DNA of 64,000 nt from positions 2,496,001 through 2,560,000 of the forward strand of contig CBDCJH010000002.1 in the NCBI GenBank assembly GCA_965217775.1, in the 5' to 3' direction. Below, one piece after another: positions 1 through 8,554 of this stretch. The translations under genes and the position numbers were made by a program. The notes below the pieces were generated by a model. That model was not told the origin of the DNA, made no database searches, and worked only from the letters and a program-made list of their open reading frames with translations. Origin of the DNA: Acidobacteriota bacterium (GTDB lineage: Bacteria; Acidobacteriota; UBA6911; RPQK01; JAJDTT01). The first letter of the stretch is position 1. Each line of letters starts with the position of its first letter.

Positions 1-922
1 AAGGAACCGGAACGTCCATGGCGCCGAGCCGGCGAACCGGCGCCTCCAGGTCGTAGAACAGATTCTCGCCGACCAGAGCCGCAATCTCGGCTCCCGCCCC
101 GTAGCGCTGGTAGCCCTCGTCGATCACCAGGCAGCGGGCCGTCTTTCGGACCGAGTTCAGCAGTGTCTCTTCGTCCAGCGGCGCCAGCGTGCGCGGGTCG
201 ACGACCTCCGAGTCGATGCCCTCGCCCGCCAATTCCGAAGCCGCGTCCAGAGCCTGCCAGACCATGCTGGAGGTGGCGATCAGGGTCAGATCTTCCCCCT
301 CCCGCTTCACGTCGGCGCGACCGAAGGGAATGGTGTACTCGTGGGAAGGATCGGGAACCGGACCCTTCCGGTAGATGTCCACCTTGTCCTGCAGGAAGAC
401 CACTGGATTCTCGTCCCGGATGGCGGTCTTCATCAGGCCCTTCGCATCGTGGGGGCTCGACGGCAGCACCACCTTCAACCCGGGGATATGGGCGAACCAG
501 GCTTGCAGGCTTTGAGAGTGCTGAGCCGCCAAACGGCGCCCGGCGCCCATGGAGGTGAGGAAGACCATGGGGACGCTGGTCATCCCGCCCGACATGTAAT
601 ACGTCTTGGCCGCCTGGTTGACGATCTGATCCGAGGCGAGCGGCAGAAAGTCTCCGAACATGATCTCGACGATGGGCCGCAGACCGGTCATGGCCGCCCC
701 CACGCCCAGGCCGGCGATTCCGGCTTCGGAGATGGGCGTATCCAGGACTCGTTCCGCCCCGAACCGGTCCAGGAGTCCTTCGGTCACCTTCCAGACCCCG
801 CCGGCCGCCGCCACGTCCTCACCGAACAGGATCACCCGGTGGTCGCGATCCATCTCCTCCCGGATCGCCTCGTTGACGGCCTGGCTGAAGGTGAGTTGGC
901 GAGTTTCAGTCTGCGAAGACAT
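1..922 (-). CDS. TPP-dependent 2-oxoacid/acetoin dehydrogenase E1 beta subunit (3' end runs off the window)
   Basis: Not in the ORF track. Manual translation from ATG at 922 gives MSSQTETRQLTFSQAVNEAIREEM...ILFGEDV...RVLDTPISEAGIAGLGVGAAMTGLRPIVEIMFGDF...AAQHSQSLQAWFAHIPGLKVV, the typical E1-beta motifs. Start overlaps the alpha-subunit stop. Confidence 0.93.
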   Translation of the reverse strand, partial: MSSQTETRQLTFSQAVNEAIREEMDRDHRVILFGEDVAAAGGVWKVTEGLLDRFGAERVLDTPISEAGIAGLGVGAAMTGLRPIVEIMFGDFLPLASDQIVNQAAKTYYMSGGMTSVPMVFLTSMGAGRRLAAQHSQSLQAWFAHIPGLKVVLPSSPHDAKGLMKTAIRDENPVVFLQDKVDIYRKGPVPDPSHEYTIPFGRADVKREGEDLTLIATSSMVWQALDAASELAGEGIDSEVVDPRTLAPLDEETLLNSVRKTARCLVIDEGYQRYGAGAEIAALVGENLFYDLEAPVRRLGAMDVPVP

Positions 923-1901
923 GTCGGTCCACCTCTTCCGGATCCGGGAACGGCGCTTCCTGCGCCAATCGTGCGGCTTCCTCCACCTCGGCCCGGACCT
1001 CCTCTCCAACGGTATCCAGTTCCGGTTCGGTGTAGTGCCCGGCCTCCAGCAGTTGCCGCCTCAATCGCTCGACGGGGTCCCGCCGGCTCCGCCAATCGTC
1101 CTCTTCCTCCCGCGAGCGGTAGGGCCGGGTTCGATCCGACATGCCGTGACCCAGGTAGCGGTAGGTGTCGAAAACGAAGAAGCTGGGGCCACCACCCTCT
1201 CTTGCGCGCTGAACCGCCGCATACGTGGCGTCGTAGACGGCCAGGACGTCCATGCCGTCCACCTCTGCTGAGGGAATGTCGAAAGCTTCGCCGCGGAGCG
1301 TGAGACGGCCGGCCGTGACCTGCTCCGTGGGCGTGTACTCCCCGTAGTGATTGTTCTCGCAGGCGAAGATGGCGGGCAGATTCCAGATGGCGGCCAGGTT
1401 CATCGACTCCAGCAGGATGCCCTCGTTGAGGGCTCCGTCACCGAAGAAAGAGACGCCGACGCCCCGGTTCCGGAGCACCTTGGCCGAGAGGGCCGCGCCG
1501 GTCGCCAGCGGAATGCCGCCGCCGATGATGGCGTTGGCTCCCAGGTGGCCCGTCTCCCGGTCGGCGATGTGCATGGACCCGCCCTTGCCGCGGCAGTATC
1601 CGTTCGCCTTACCCAGCAATTCGCCGAACATGGGCACCAGATCGGCTCCTTTGGCGTAACAGTGGCCGTGCCCGCGATGCGTGCTGGTGATGTAGTCGTT
1701 GTGGTTCAAGTGGGCGCAGACGCCGACGGCCACCGCCTCCTGTCCGATGGAGAGATGGGTGATGCCCGGCATCTCGGCCCGTTCGTAGAATTCCCCCACC
1801 CGGTATTCGAACGCCCGAATCGTGAGCATCTGGCGCAGGAGGTCGAGCCGGGCGGTGGCATCGAGGCCTTGGGAGGGGGTCGTTTCAGTTGTCAACGCCA
1901 T
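906..1901 (-). CDS. TPP-dependent 2-oxoacid/acetoin dehydrogenase E1 alpha subunit
   Basis: Motifs HLSIGQEA, STHRGHGH, GKGGSMH, TPP-binding GDGALNEG...N and TYRYLGHGMSD. Start at 1901 preferred (GAGG upstream); the ORF extends to 1946. Confidence 0.93.
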   Translation of the reverse strand: MALTTETTPSQGLDATARLDLLRQMLTIRAFEYRVGEFYERAEMPGITHLSIGQEAVAVGVCAHLNHNDYITSTHRGHGHCYAKGADLVPMFGELLGKANGYCRGKGGSMHIADRETGHLGANAIIGGGIPLATGAALSAKVLRNRGVGVSFFGDGALNEGILLESMNLAAIWNLPAIFACENNHYGEYTPTEQVTAGRLTLRGEAFDIPSAEVDGMDVLAVYDATYAAVQRAREGGGPSFFVFDTYRYLGHGMSDRTRPYRSREEEDDWRSRRDPVERLRRQLLEAGHYTEPELDTVGEEVRAEVEEAARLAQEAPFPDPEEVDRHVFAD

Positions 1902-2036
1902 GAGCGCCTCTGGTGTTGGATGGGATTCGCTCCGAGCCGTCATCACGCCGGCGACCGCCCGCTGGAAACCCGGCGAGACTAACAGGAAACCTGGATAAAG
2001 TCGATTCTGCCACGCCGCGGCATTTGCCCAGATCCT

Positions 2037-2366
2037 TCAACCTACGAACTGAAGCTTCACGCCACAGGCGGACGCGATCTTGGTCACCGTGCCCGGCCGA
2101 GGATCCCTCCTGCCCGACAGGCTGCGTGAGAGGCCCACACGGTCGATATCGGCTCGACGTGCGATCTCGGAGACGCCCCCCTGCGCCGCCACCACGTTAC
2201 GGAAGGCTTTCATCAACAATCGAGGATCGCCGTCGAACTCCTCGATCGCAGCGTTCAGATACGCGGCGATGTCTTCCGGTGTCTGAAGGTATCGGTCAGC
2301 TCTGTGCTCTTTCAGGGGCATGTAGTCCGTTCCGTCTTCCGCCACGTAGTGGACGACCCTGATCAT
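2037..2366 (-). CDS. HI1420-like addiction-module antidote (HTH), with an N-terminal 15-aa stub resembling a RelE/HI1419-type toxin start
   Basis: YLQTPEDIAAYLNAAIEE...GGVSEIARRADIDRVGLSRSLSGRRDP...TVTKIASACGVKL. Internal ATG at 2321 is the probable original antitoxin start. Confidence 0.8.
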   Translation of the reverse strand: MIRVVHYVAEDGTDYMPLKEHRADRYLQTPEDIAAYLNAAIEEFDGDPRLLMKAFRNVVAAQGGVSEIARRADIDRVGLSRSLSGRRDPRPGTVTKIASACGVKLQFVG

Positions 2367-2374
2367 GCCAATAT

Positions 2375-2392
2375 TGTAGCCAATTGACTACA
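2375..2392. promoter_or_regulatory. Palindromic operator overlapping the -10 box (TACAAT, minus strand) of the antidote gene
   Basis: TGTAGCCAATTGACTACA is an 18-bp palindrome with one mismatched pair, 8 nt upstream of the ATG at 2366. Confidence 0.6.
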
Positions 2393-2546
2393 GACCTTGA
2401 CGGGAATAATCCAGCCAGGGATCTGCCGGGAACTGACGGTTGGGGAAGCTCCTCTTTCCTCCTTTCTCATCTACATCTCTCTCTAACTTGTTTATTTTCA
2501 AGTAGCGGAAGTGTTCAGGCTATCCTACCCACGGACCACCGGCGTG

Positions 2547-2568
2547 CGACGGCAAGAAAGCCGCCGCC
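2547..2568. repeat. REP-like hairpin (GGAGCGGCGG family, degenerate)
   Basis: CGACGGCAAGAAAGCCGCCGCC, nearly identical to 12748-12771. Confidence 0.5.
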
Positions 2569-2644
2569 ATCAGCAAGTCCTGCCTGGACTTGGTAGACTG
2601 TTGCTGCTGTAGACAGACCTATTTCCGGCGCCGGAATCGAATCC

Positions 2645-5266
2645 ATGATCAACCGGCTTTATGCTTTCCTGGCCATCGTGTTCTGGTCGCTGCCATTCCT
2701 GACCGGTAGTACTATCGCTACGGAATCGGACGGATCGGTGGTGGGGGCCGCTCTTGAGATTCTGGAGCGGGACTGCCTTGCCTGCCATGGCGTGGCGCGC
2801 CAGGGGGGACTTGATCTGAGCGGGAGGCAAACTCTGCTGGAAGGCGGCCAGCGGGGTCCGGCGGCGATTCCCGGAGACGCCGGCTCAAGCCTGCTGTTTC
2901 TGGCCGCATCCCATGACGGCGAACTGAAAATGCCCCCGGGCGGCTCTCCGCTGACGGCGGCGGATCTGGAGGTCTTGCGCCGCTGGATCGACGCCGGCCT
3001 TCCTTGGACCGGCGTCCGGGAAGACGGCCCCTCCCCACCCTCCTGGTGGTCGTTCCGGAAGCTCCGGCGGCCACCCGTTCCAGAGACGGAAGCGGACGGC
3101 TGGGTCCGGAACCCCATCGATGCATTCGTGCTGGCCCGGCTTCAGAAAAAGGGCTTGAAACCGGCGCCCGAGGCCGACCGGCGAACCCTGATCCGAAGGG
3201 CCTACTTCGATCTCATCGGACTTCCGCCGACGCCGGAGCAGGTGGACCGGCACCTGGAAGACGACTCGCCCGAGGCCTACGGCAAGATGGTGGGCGAGCT
3301 GCTGGAATCGCCACGCTACGGCGAGCGCTGGGCCCGGCACTGGCTGGACGTGGTCCGCTATGCCGACAGCAGCGGATACGAGTCGGACCACTACTACCCC
3401 AACGCCTGGCGGTATCGGGACTACGTCATCAAGTCGTTCAACGAGGACAAGCCCTACGACCGTTTCCTGCAGGAGCAGGTCGCAGGCGACGAGCTCTGGC
3501 CCCAACGATTCGAGCTCCTGGGGAGCCGGACCATTCCCCTGAAGAAGAACGAATACCTGGAAGCACGGGTCGGAACCGGCCTCTACACATTCGGGCCCGA
3601 GGTGCTGGAGTCGATGCAGGACGCCCAGCAGTTGCGCGCCGAGGAACTGACCGATTGGGCGGACACCACCGGCGCCGCTTTTCTGGGGCTCACTCTGGGC
3701 TGCGCCCGCTGTCACGATCACAAAGCAGACCCCATCAGCCAGAGGGACTACTACGCCTTCCAGGCCCTGTTCGCCAACAGCCACAAGGTCGACGTCCCCA
3801 TCATGAGTCCCATTCAGGCGGTCTCGCGGAACATCGACTACCCCGCCGTCATCGCGGTCGACGAAAGGCGTTCCGCTTACCGCCGATTCGAGAAACGGGT
3901 CAAAAAGAGGATCGAACAGGAGAAGAAGGCGCAATTTCCACCGGAAGTGGTGGAAGCCTACGAGACGGACAAGGATCGGCGGACCCCGGAGCAGGAAGAA
4001 TTGGCCAAACCCCTGATGGAGGCGGTCCGTGCCGTCAAATTCGAGGAGGCTCTGACCGAGCCGGAGCAGGACGAACACCAAAAATTGCTTTTCGGGCTGG
4101 CCCGGGCCGTACTCAAGGTCTCCGAGATCGAGGGCTCCAATCTGGTCCGGTTCGAAGGACTGCTTGAGTTACCGACCGCTTCAGTGCTGGATCATTACGA
4201 TCGGGAGGCTTCCGCACCCGTTCACGTCTTGAGTCGAGGCGAGTTCAGACGCAAGGAGGAACGGGTCGGACCCGGCTTGCCGGCGGTGCTGAGCCGGGAG
4301 ACCGATCCCCATGGCGTCTTCTCGGGATCAATGGGGAACCGCCCCCGCAAGCAGTTGGCGCTCTGGCTGAGCCGTCCGGACCACCCTCTCACCGCTCGGG
4401 TCATGGTGAACCGGCTCTGGCAATGGCATTTCGGACTAGGACTGGTGAGAACTCCCAACGACTACGGCCGCCAGGGAGAGACGCCCAGCCATCCGCAACT
4501 CCTGGATTGGCTGGCCGTCGAGTTCACGGCCCGGAACTGGAGCCTCAAGGCGATGCACTGGCTGATCCTGAACTCCAGCACCTACCGCATGTCCAGCTTG
4601 CACGGCGACCCGGCCGCTTACTCGCTGGATCCCGAAAACCGTCTCCTCTGGAGGATGAACCGGCGGCGGTTGGAAGCGGAAATCCTCTGGGACGCCACAC
4701 TTGCGGTGGCCGGCACCCTGAATCTCGGGGTGTACGGCCGTCCGGCGGCGCCGCCACTGGGAGCTGAAGAGATGGAAAGCCTGGGAGGTCCCAAAGGTTG
4801 GCTGACCGTCGCGGACCCCCTCTCCCAATTCCGCCGGGGCGTCTATATCCTCAGCCGCCGCAATCTCCGGTTTCCCATGTTCGACGTCTTCGACAGCCCC
4901 CAGAACGCCGTGAGTTGCCCCCGCCGTGACGTCACCACGGTGGCGCCGCAGGCCCTCTGGTTCCTCAACAACCGGATGGCGTTCCGGCAGGCAGTGGCCT
5001 TTGCGTCCCGACTGGTGGAGAGCGAGGGGGACGACCCGGGAGCCTGGGTGGAGAAGGCGTGGCGGCTTGCCCTGAGCCGGGCGCCGTCCGCCACGGAGAA
5101 GAAGGAAGCCCTGGAACTGCTGTCGGCCCGAGCCCGCGAGGTGAAGGTAGAGAAATGGTTCGAGCTTCCGGCCCAGCTCGAGAAGATTCCACGGCGGCGG
5201 GCCGCAGCCTTGACCCAGTTCTGCCTGGGACTGTTTAATGTCAACGAGTTCAGCCATATTGATTGA
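2645..5266 (+). CDS. Planctomycete cytochrome c + DUF1549 + DUF1553 (PSD1/PSCyt) protein
   Basis: Signal peptide; CLACH heme motif; WVRNPIDAFV, RRAYFDLIGLPPT, YGERWARHWLDVVRYADS, CARCHDHK, HPLTARVMVNRLWQWHFG, RRLEAE, QALWFLN. Confidence 0.9.
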   Translation: MINRLYAFLAIVFWSLPFLTGSTIATESDGSVVGAALEILERDCLACHGVARQGGLDLSGRQTLLEGGQRGPAAIPGDAGSSLLFLAASHDGELKMPPGGSPLTAADLEVLRRWIDAGLPWTGVREDGPSPPSWWSFRKLRRPPVPETEADGWVRNPIDAFVLARLQKKGLKPAPEADRRTLIRRAYFDLIGLPPTPEQVDRHLEDDSPEAYGKMVGELLESPRYGERWARHWLDVVRYADSSGYESDHYYPNAWRYRDYVIKSFNEDKPYDRFLQEQVAGDELWPQRFELLGSRTIPLKKNEYLEARVGTGLYTFGPEVLESMQDAQQLRAEELTDWADTTGAAFLGLTLGCARCHDHKADPISQRDYYAFQALFANSHKVDVPIMSPIQAVSRNIDYPAVIAVDERRSAYRRFEKRVKKRIEQEKKAQFPPEVVEAYETDKDRRTPEQEELAKPLMEAVRAVKFEEALTEPEQDEHQKLLFGLARAVLKVSEIEGSNLVRFEGLLELPTASVLDHYDREASAPVHVLSRGEFRRKEERVGPGLPAVLSRETDPHGVFSGSMGNRPRKQLALWLSRPDHPLTARVMVNRLWQWHFGLGLVRTPNDYGRQGETPSHPQLLDWLAVEFTARNWSLKAMHWLILNSSTYRMSSLHGDPAAYSLDPENRLLWRMNRRRLEAEILWDATLAVAGTLNLGVYGRPAAPPLGAEEMESLGGPKGWLTVADPLSQFRRGVYILSRRNLRFPMFDVFDSPQNAVSCPRRDVTTVAPQALWFLNNRMAFRQAVAFASRLVESEGDDPGAWVEKAWRLALSRAPSATEKKEALELLSARAREVKVEKWFELPAQLEKIPRRRAAALTQFCLGLFNVNEFSHID

Positions 5267-5281
5267 GAAGCGGTTTATTCC

Positions 5282-6751
5282 ATGAATCCCTTCCACTGCC
5301 ATCGCCATGAACCGGCCGGCTCACGACGCGAGTTCCTGAGCAAGTGGGGAATGGGCTTCGGCTCCCTGCCGCTGATCCATCTGCTGGAGCGGGAATCCTT
5401 CTTCCGGACGGCCTCCGCCAAGGGGACCCGGGAATCGATTCCGCACCCGCTCGCACCCAAGCCTCCTCACCAGAGCGCAAGTGGCCGCAACGTGGTCTTC
5501 ATCTATCTCCAGGGAGGCGCCAGCCATGTGGACACCCTGGATCCGAAGCCGGCTCTGACGCGCTACGACGGCCAGAACCTTCCCCAGAGCTTCGCCTCGG
5601 GCGATCTCAATTTCGCCAATATCGCCGCCGGCGAGGCCAAGCTGATGGGTTCGGACATCCCCTTTCGCAGGTACGGGGAGTCGGGGCTGGAGATTTCGGA
5701 TCTCATGCGGAAGGTGGCCACGCACGCCGACGACCTGGCAGTGGTCCGCTCCTGCTACCATGATTCCTTCGTCCACGGTCCGGCGACCAACTACCTCTGC
5801 ACCGGTTCCATCCTCACGGGACATCCCAGCGTCGGGTCCTGGATCCTGTACGGCCTGGGGAGCGAGAACGACAATCTTCCCGCCTACATGGTGATGACCG
5901 ACGGCAACTTGTGGGGCCGGACCAACCGGAACCACTTCGGCTCCGGGTTCCTGCCCGCCATCTACCAGGGCACCCTGCTGCGCTCCGAGGGCGCCCCCCT
6001 CAAGGACCTGACTCCTCCCCAGGAGATGACCCCGGCGGATCAGCGGAACCTCCTGGACTGGATCCGGAAGTCGAACCGGCGGCACTTTCAGAGCCGCTCC
6101 GACGATACCGGGCTGGCGGCTCGCATCTCCAACTATGAGCTGGCTTTCCGCATGCAGACCGCCGCGCCGGAACTCGTCGACCTTTCCGCGGAGCCCGACC
6201 ACATCCGCCGGCTATATGGCCTGGACCAGGAAAAGAGCCGGAAATTCGGGCGGATGTGCCTGCTGACCCGGCGCATGTTGGAACGCGGCGTCCGCTTCGT
6301 ACACCTGATCAGCACCGACTGGGACGGCCACGAGCAATGTTCCCGGAACCATTGGGACAACTCCAGGAAGGTGGACCAGCCCATCGCGGGCCTGCTGCAG
6401 GATCTCAAGCAGCGGGGGCTGATGGAGAGCACCCTGGTGTTCTGTTCGGGTGAGTTCGGGCGGACTCCGTTCGTGCAGGGAAAACTCGGCCGGGATCATC
6501 ACCCGTACGGATTCTCATGTTGGATGACGGGAGCCGGAATCCAGGGAGGGAAGGCCATCGGCGCCACCGACGATCTGGGAATGAAGGCGACCGAGGACAA
6601 GGTTCACGTCCACGACCTGCACGCCACCATCCTCTCATTGCTGGGCCTGGACCACGAAGGACTCACCTACTTCTTCCAGGGACGAGACCGGCGGCTCACT
6701 GACGTGGGCGGATACAACGACCTCTCACGGCAACTACTCCAGCGAAGTTGA
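5282..6751 (+). CDS. DUF1501 family protein
   Basis: Tat-like SRREFL; GGASHVDTLDPKP, YELAFRMQ, RRMLERGVRFV, WDGH, GEFGRTP, GRDHHP, VHVHDLHATIL. Confidence 0.92.
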   Translation: MNPFHCHRHEPAGSRREFLSKWGMGFGSLPLIHLLERESFFRTASAKGTRESIPHPLAPKPPHQSASGRNVVFIYLQGGASHVDTLDPKPALTRYDGQNLPQSFASGDLNFANIAAGEAKLMGSDIPFRRYGESGLEISDLMRKVATHADDLAVVRSCYHDSFVHGPATNYLCTGSILTGHPSVGSWILYGLGSENDNLPAYMVMTDGNLWGRTNRNHFGSGFLPAIYQGTLLRSEGAPLKDLTPPQEMTPADQRNLLDWIRKSNRRHFQSRSDDTGLAARISNYELAFRMQTAAPELVDLSAEPDHIRRLYGLDQEKSRKFGRMCLLTRRMLERGVRFVHLISTDWDGHEQCSRNHWDNSRKVDQPIAGLLQDLKQRGLMESTLVFCSGEFGRTPFVQGKLGRDHHPYGFSCWMTGAGIQGGKAIGATDDLGMKATEDKVHVHDLHATILSLLGLDHEGLTYFFQGRDRRLTDVGGYNDLSRQLLQRS

Positions 6752-6768
6752 CCTCCAGTCCGGAAGCC

Positions 6769-7125
6769 ACAGGCACTTTCAGTTCCCTACTCTCAAAATC
6801 TTGTGCAAATGGACGAAAAATTATTGGTAGGGACACCCCTTGTGGGTGCCCTCTTCGCTCCAAACCGGAGCAAGACGCGGCCAATTGAAGGTCCGGGAGC
6901 TGGAACGCCGCCGCTCCGGCGAAGACATTTTGGTCTCGGCTACGCCAGGTTGGGGATGGGTAGGCGGACAGCGCCGGATCGTGCCGGTACCCGGAAAGCA
7001 CCACGGACTGACAGGCACTTTCAGTTCTCTACTCTCAAGATCTTGTGCAAATGGACGAAGAATTATTGGTAGGGGCGCCCCTTGTGGGTGCCCTCTTCGC
7101 TCCAAACCGGAGCAAGACGCGGCCA
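6769..7125. repeat. Two 115-bp direct repeats (6769-6883, 7011-7125), each containing a GTAG-type REP palindrome
   Basis: ACAGGCACTTTCAGTT...TTATTG-GTAGGG(A/G)C(A/G)CCCCTTGTGGGTGCCCT-CTTCGCTCCAAACCGGAGCAAGACGCGGCCA repeated at a 242-bp offset with few substitutions. Confidence 0.9.
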
Positions 7126-7314
7126 GGGGAGGTTCGGGCGCGGCGGCTTTCAGCAGCCGAACGCCAGAGCAATCGGAAGGCGAAGCCGGACCGGCGACTG
7201 GGAAGTCACCTCTCTGGCACCCCCACTTGTTGCTAAGAAGGACGGCGAAAATGTACGAATCGTCACCTCGTGAACGATCCGCCGGCATTCAGGTTCTCCA
7301 AAAGTGTAGTTCCG

Positions 7315-7626
7315 TCAGGGACGCGCAGGAAGGTGACGTTGGAATGAAAACCCTCGAAATCGCCCGGCTGCGCCTCGACGGCAAGACCACCAGGTCGCGA
7401 ACCGGAGCTTGGCGCGAAGATGCCATGGGGACTTGCGCGCCAAGAACTGGCTTTGTTCTTGGGTCGGAAACTCGGCGACCCTCTCCAAGTAAAGGTCGAT
7501 ACAGATGGAGAGCGATTTTTTGACTTCGTCGAGAGACTGACCGAACGTCGCAATATCCATGTCAACACAGATTGCCTCCCAAGCATCACCTACGCGGTAA
7601 GCATGGCATTTGAGGTCAAGGATCAC
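7315..7626 (-). CDS. HicB-like (partial RNase H fold) antitoxin-type protein
   Basis: WEAICVDMDIATFGQSLDEVKKSLSICIDLYLE fits the HicB N-terminal pattern. GTG start at 7626 with GGAG upstream; ORF extends to 7674. Confidence 0.6.
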   Translation of the reverse strand: MILDLKCHAYRVGDAWEAICVDMDIATFGQSLDEVKKSLSICIDLYLERVAEFPTQEQSQFLARKSPWHLRAKLRFATWWSCRRGAAGRFRGFSFQRHLPARP

Positions 7627-7790
7627 TTTCGACTCCCTGGATTCCGCGTGATCAAGAGCGACATTTCCCGTCAAATTAACACGGCTCGCCTATCCCTGCA
7701 TGGCGAGTCGCCTCACGAGCCCGATGAGATTCCATCTGAGGGCCAAATCTTCCTTTGACCCGAGGGGCGATATTTTGGGAGACTTCGACG

Positions 7791-8006
7791 GTGAAGAATC
7801 AGTTCACGTCCATTATCGAGCGCGACGGAGAGTGGCACATCGCCCATTGCGCTGAAATCCCTGGCGCCAACGGTCAGGGCAAGTCCAAGGTTGAGGCTCG
7901 TGACAACCTGGCGGATGCCATAGCGCTCATCCTCAAGGAACGCCGCGACGAAGGATTGCGCGGTGTGCCCCCTGAGGCCATGCGAGAAACGGTCATCGTC
8001 TCATGA
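7791..8006 (+). CDS. hicB: HicB family antitoxin (short form)
   Basis: FTSIIERDGEWHIAHCAEIPGANGQGKSKVEARDNLADAIALIL; GTG start at 7791. Confidence 0.8.
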   Translation: MKNQFTSIIERDGEWHIAHCAEIPGANGQGKSKVEARDNLADAIALILKERRDEGLRGVPPEAMRETVIVS

Positions 8007-8545
8007 ATGGGACCCGTCTACTCCGATGTCGGCAATTCGTCGCCGGAATCCACCTGATTGCGATCCTGGCTGCAGGCGTGGGGCAGGTGCGGGCAGCCGC
8101 CGAGGTCTATTTGACCGAGATCCGGCTGGATCGGGATCTCTACACCGAGGACGGCCGGCGGTTGGACCGGGGTGGCTTCGATCTGGAAGTCCGGCGCGAG
8201 GAGGAAGGCTGTTCTCTGGTCTTTCTGAAGGGCGAGAAGGTTGTCGCCACCGTCGCCGGCGAAGAGCGCACTGAAACGGAGACGGACCGAATCATTCCCA
8301 TCGTCGGAACCCTTTATCTGCGGTCGACGGCCGTCCCGATAGGGACGGCTGAAGAAAGGCAACTGAGCAAGACGGGCCGGCCCCAATATCAGGACCAGGT
8401 GCAGAACTGGGAGAACACGCTTCGGGCCTTTCGCGGCACGGAAGACGCGGAGGTCCACTTTCTCTTCCAGAGGAGAAAGAACTGGGGTGAATGGGAACAG
8501 GTTCGCTTCAGGCTATACCTGGAGGATCCGGGCGCTGGCCGCTGA
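8003..8545 (+). CDS. Hypothetical exported protein
   Basis: N-terminal hydrophobic signal (IHLIAILAAGVGQVRA-A), globular composition, ATGA overlap with hicB. Confidence 0.6.
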   Translation: MNGTRLLRCRQFVAGIHLIAILAAGVGQVRAAAEVYLTEIRLDRDLYTEDGRRLDRGGFDLEVRREEEGCSLVFLKGEKVVATVAGEERTETETDRIIPIVGTLYLRSTAVPIGTAEERQLSKTGRPQYQDQVQNWENTLRAFRGTEDAEVHFLFQRRKNWGEWEQVRFRLYLEDPGAGR

Positions 8546-8554
8546 CCGCTCCCG

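Noticed and set aside
6803-7523. Small ORFs in the repeat region (e.g. MQMDEKLLVG..., MWVPSSLQ...)
   Set aside because: Translations of the 115-bp repeat and REPs with no protein-like features.
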